From contig CM106586.1 of the NCBI GenBank assembly GCA_048013815.1, positions 17,546,001 to 17,610,000 on the forward strand: a DNA stretch of 64,000 bases, written 5' to 3'. The DNA is from Setoptus koraiensis (Eukaryota > Animalia > Arthropoda). A program made the translations under genes and the position numbers. Positions 59,800 to 64,000 of the stretch are shown piece after piece. How positions within the stretch are numbered: position 1 is the first letter of the stretch; the number at the start of each line of letters is the position of its first letter. Below the pieces are notes generated by a model. It saw only the letters and a program-made list of their open reading frames with translations, had not been told where the DNA came from and did not search any database.

Positions 59800-59937
59800 C
59801 TCGAACAGACGACCCTGGCTGTACCAGACGTCGCCCTCGTCGACTTTGCCGTAGCCGCCGGAATACAGATCTTGGTACTGGTCTGTTTGACCGTCGCTCA
59901 CGGTCGTTTGCGACACTATTTGGCGCCGGCTGATCAT
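59800..59937 (-). CDS. Isolated first coding exon resembling the N-terminus of Expansion/Rebuf (Smad-MH2-like chitin-deposition regulators), 46 aa
   Basis: acaATG start, MISRRQIV...DEGDVWYSQGRLFE, then a perfect GTAAGT donor in phase 0. Resembles the recalled insect Expansion N-terminus MVSRRKIL...DEEDVWYQKDKLYK. Non-repetitive, coding-like sequence inside a repeat-rich region. Confidence 0.6.
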
Positions 59938-60939
59938 TGTTGCGTTGTGTGTCGGATTATTTCGCGTATCAAATTATTTCGCGTATCAAATTATGTTGCC
60001 TATTGAACTATCTTGTGTCTGGAATTATTTTTGTTGCGGTTGTATCAAATTATTTGTTGCGCACACAATTTCGGCGCAGTTTCCGGTGCGAGGTGGGCGC
60101 AATTTCGTGGCAACGCGGTCGCTGTTTCGTCGCTGTCGAGGCACAGTTACTGTTGCACAATTATCTTTTGTTTCGCCTCAATTCAATAAATTGAATTTGT
60201 GCTGCTTGCGTTTGGCTGGTGTGTGTTTGTCTTATCGACGACGACGATTCAATCTTGCCGCGATATATGCGCTTGCTTGCTGCTGCTACTTGCGGTGTCT
60301 TTATAAGTCGATGAAATGCTGCAAAGATTGATGTTGTTACGCGGACGCGTCGTGATTATGTCACGCGTATGTCGCACTTGTTGAGCTGGGCAACCAATGA
60401 CGCAACTTGCGATACACGACAGTTGAGCATAGTTGAGCAGTGCATTGGTTCTGCTGGCTGCGTGCTGCTGTCACCTGTCGCTCGATCACTCTAATTAATT
60501 ATCACAAGACTAATTATTGCTGACAATTATGCTGACTTGTTGAATGGCTTGATGTGTTCGATGGATGCACTCACTCGACAGTGACTCGATGCACAGCTGA
60601 TGCACATGTCAAAGGATGTGTCATTTGATCTAATTGGTCTATTCGATTTGATTCGATCATCATTGTTGTTGTTGTTGTTGTTGTTGTTTATTAAGACGCC
60701 GGCCAGTACAAGTGGCAGTTGTGCAACGCAAGCCAATGGTTGTTGTCTCGTTGCCGACTAAACTAGTTGTGACACACCGCGCAACACACACACACACACA
60801 CGCACACACACACACACTCAAGCCGCTTGAGTCAAGCGCAACAGCTCACCTGTTCGAAGCTCCAACTACCTGTTGCAGTGCGATTCGAAGCTTTTGCTTT
60901 TCGCTCGAACGTCCTTACTTTTACTAGTAGTAAATTATA

Positions 60940-60974
<35 letters not shown>

Positions 60975-63520
60975 CGAGGCTAGCGCCGGCCCACCCCACC
61001 TACGATGGCCGCTTCGAGAACGGCCCGCAGAGCCATCTCGCGCCCAAATGGCCAACTAAAGATTGCGCATTTCCAAACGACAAACAAGCGGGCGACAAAC
61101 GAAAGTTTGAGTCAAGTGTTTACGATCGCCCGAGTGCGCTGCTTGTCGGTGTCTGTCGCTGCTTGTCGGTGTCTGTCGCTGCTTGTCGGTGTTTGTGAGT
61201 CACCTCGAGAGCCAATTAACTGCCGGCCGACGCCATCGTCGAGCCAGCCGGCGAATACGGCGCGACAGCCGGCGAACCCGACGCGACAGCCGGCGAACCC
61301 GACGCGACAGCGGCCCGACGGAACAGCGGTTGCTATTGATTTGCCGGGCCGACGCCGTCGGCGGACAGGCCCCGTCAGCGGGCGGACGCGATCGTCGGGC
61401 GGACGCGATCGTCGGGCCAACGCGAACAAATGCGCGCCGCCGGATGCACCTGTCGCCGGGCGCAAGCGGCCGGCCGGATCACAGGCGACGAGATGTAATG
61501 GCATAATATGATTATATGGCCGCCATCAATGCAAATCGGCCGGTGATTGGAGTGGCCAATTTGACCATTGGCCACTGGTCAGTGTGTCGCGGTCGTCGTG
61601 GCGGCTCGCATACATTTGCGGCGCATTTGCGCCGCATTTGCGTGTCGTCGTGAGTGTGTGTGTGTGTGCGCAAGCCAAGGTCGACATCATTAATATAACG
61701 ACTGGCAAGACCACTCACACAGGCTGTGAGTCACAGGCTGCGAGCGCCACTGCCGGCGCCATTACATAATATGTGATGATGCAACTGGCACCATATCTCT
61801 ATCACTGGCATGTTATGTAATATGTGCATAAGATGCGTATATAATGCGTATGTTATGTGATATTATGTAATAGTATACTAGTACAGTGCAGTGTGGCGGC
61901 AATTAAGCAGCACGCCGATATAAATAGACGCCGATGATGAATGTGCTCATGACGTACAACATTAATAACAACAATGATATATATTGTTGCGAGCCACAAC
62001 AACATTTTATTATCGTCGCATTTGTTTGCTTTTGTGCGCTCTCCAATGGACACTCTCCGATAGATACTGTGTCCTCTATGTGAGCATCACAACTTACTAA
62101 TGCAATTGTATCGCATTTATATGATATTACATCATATAATATTAGATTATGTAACACACATTAATTGCAAACATTGCAAACGCTGGTCAACTGCGATATT
62201 TATATGCGATCGTTGTGTGTGCACGTTGGTATGGCACAACAAACACACAAATACAAATATCGTGTGGCCATAAACAACAAACTGCCCAATGCCCAGCGTG
62301 ATGCAACCGCCATTTGACCATTTGAAATATATTTGACCAGTTGAAATGATTGTTTGCCAATTGACGCGCTTGCAAATTTGTTTGCGCCGTCCATTTGTCG
62401 AGCATCATTTGTGTGTTACATCACACTCACACTTGTATCGCATATGTATCACTCGCACATAATAACTTGATAATAATAATAATAATAACTTGAACTCGAA
62501 ACATGATCATGTCAGCGCTAATGATGCCCCCACAAACAATGACCCGCTGATTGAGTTGTTGCCCGCGCACCGCTGACCAGTCCGTTTCAGCTCGTTGTTG
62601 TCGCTGGCCCAGCGCTGGCCGGCCCGAAGCAGCGCCGGCCGGCCCGAAGATTGGCCGCAAGATGGAGACGAAACAAAGATTGGCCGCGAGACGGACACGA
62701 AATGAAGATTGGCCGCGAGACGGACACGAAATGAAGATTGGTTGGCGAAGATGAAAAAACATGAATCGACGGTGCAGCCCGCCGGTCTGCGGGCCGGCAC
62801 ACTATTCCGCCGGAGCGTCGGGCCGCAGTGACGGGCCGGAGTGGCGTCCGGAGCGACGTGCCGAGCTGGTCGCGCAAAACGGCCGCTCGGCGAGGGCAGA
62901 CTCACTGGCACAAGTGAGCGAGATAAACGGGCGAGAGTCACTTTCGCCCGTCCCATTTATCCCGAAATTGGGGCCCTCGGCTGCGAATGGGCCGACGCAC
63001 AGGCCGGCCTAGTCCGCTGGCAGTGGCACTTTGGAGCGGCAGCAACGCCGGCAGCCAAGCCAATAGCCTACATCGGCGCACAGATATCATCGCTCATTGC
63101 GACGTAATTAATTAGCTCGCCACCTAAAAATAAGCGCTCATCACACACTGTTGCGTTTTCGATTTTCTCTTTTCACCTTTCTCTCGGCGTCGGCCGGCGT
63201 CGGCCGGCTTGTCCGGCCACCGGGCTTCTGCTGGCTTCGGTCGGCCGGCCGGGCCGCCGGCTGAGTGCAGTCGCGGCTCAATAAATTACGCAACGACGGC
63301 CGAGCCAGCGCGATAACGAGCGTCGCCATTACGACGACAAGCGGCCACTTGTTTGCCTCGGAGCGATCGCCGGCGCAACCGGCCGGCGCTGACCGGCCCA
63401 GTGAGCTAAATTTGGCGTAGAGCCAATTCACTTTCCATATTGTGGGCAATTGTTGCGCAACTTGCAACATGAACGGCGCACAAGCACGCCAACGGGTGCC
63501 CATTTCGCTCGTGAGCCCTC

Positions 63521-63528
63521 TATTTATA
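63521..63528 (-). promoter_or_regulatory. Candidate TATA box (TATAAATA) upstream of the 59937 exon
   Basis: CCTATAAATAGAG on the minus strand in GC-rich context, about 340 bp downstream of the 29-bp array. No clear Inr seen. Confidence 0.25.
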
Positions 63529-63849
63529 GGCGGTCGGTCTCGTGCCCGCGACAACGGGCCGGGCTCCGCTCGACACCCGAGCTCGCCCGTTTGCTCGTCG
63601 CTTTTGGCTGGCTCGTCACTTTTTAGTTTGTTTGTCGCCCGTTTGTTTGCAGTTTGCTTGCAGTTTGTTTGCACTTGGCTTGCAGTTTGCCTGCAGTTTG
63701 CTTGGTTGGCGCTGTCGAAAAACCCGCCAGACAGACGCGAGAAAAGTGGCCGGCGTGGCGCAATGATTACAGCTAATTAAAATAATCACGGCGCAGTGCC
63801 ATTAGTCACACAGTGGCCCATATTTACTCTATGGCGGCACAACAGCACT

Positions 63850-63992
63850 TACCTGTTCACCGCTCACCTGTGCAATGCACAGCGTGTGTAACGGTCACCT
63901 GTGTCTTACAAAGTGTGTAACGGTCACCTGTGCACTGCAAAGTGCGCAACGGTCACCTGTGCCTTGCAAAGTGCGCAACGGTTACCTGTGCA
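63850..63992. repeat. Tandem array of about 29 bp, 5 units, each with a conserved (C/T)ACCTGTG core
   Basis: Cores at 63865, 63896, 63925, 63954 and 63983 (spacing 31, 29, 29, 29). It may continue past the window edge. Confidence 0.9.
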
Positions 63993-64000
63993 TTAAAAAG

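Noticed and set aside
43650-63800. ORFs in the 43.6-64 kb block other than the PH exon and the 59800-59937 exon
   Set aside because: Same repeat-driven artefact; no domain motifs were recognised. Very short real exons could have been missed.
63850-63992. Repeat-spacer-like array as CRISPR
   Set aside because: Eukaryotic context, linkers homologous to one another, period only 29 bp, and no cas genes.

Overview
Eukaryotic genomic DNA, apparently from an arthropod. The compact, largely intronless housekeeping genes and low-complexity proteins suggest a mite, possibly eriophyoid; this is inference. The window alternates between two compositional phases. AT-rich, gene-dense blocks lie at about 1-10 kb (NHS/Gukh-like, FMC1, PLPP6, a small ACBD5-C-terminus-like ORF) and about 26-40.5 kb (F-box protein, 10-exon SLC18B1, a second copy of the small ORF, a PPCDC-zinc-finger fusion, SMC2). 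GC/CpG-rich, repeat-laden blocks lie at about 10-26 kb (long non-coding stretch plus a secreted chitin-binding protein gene) and about 40.5-64 kb (outspread/MPRIP-like PH/coiled-coil gene, long introns, and an isolated Expansion/Rebuf-like first exon). Main points: (1) a catalytically intact PPCDC fused in one uninterrupted ORF to an NLS-like motif and two C2H2 fingers; (2) an Expansion-like first exon with no MH2 exons found downstream, in phase with the outspread PH exon; (3) a mosaic of duplicated FMC1, SLC18B1 and ACBD5-like fragments at 6.7-9.3 kb, where identity is highest in coding sequence and palindromes sit near some breakpoints; (4) recurrent ACAGGTR and TTRYRYAA motifs in both GC-rich blocks. 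No rRNA, tRNA, CRISPR array or transposase was recognised. All homology calls are from recalled motifs, and all counts and alignments were done by eye.
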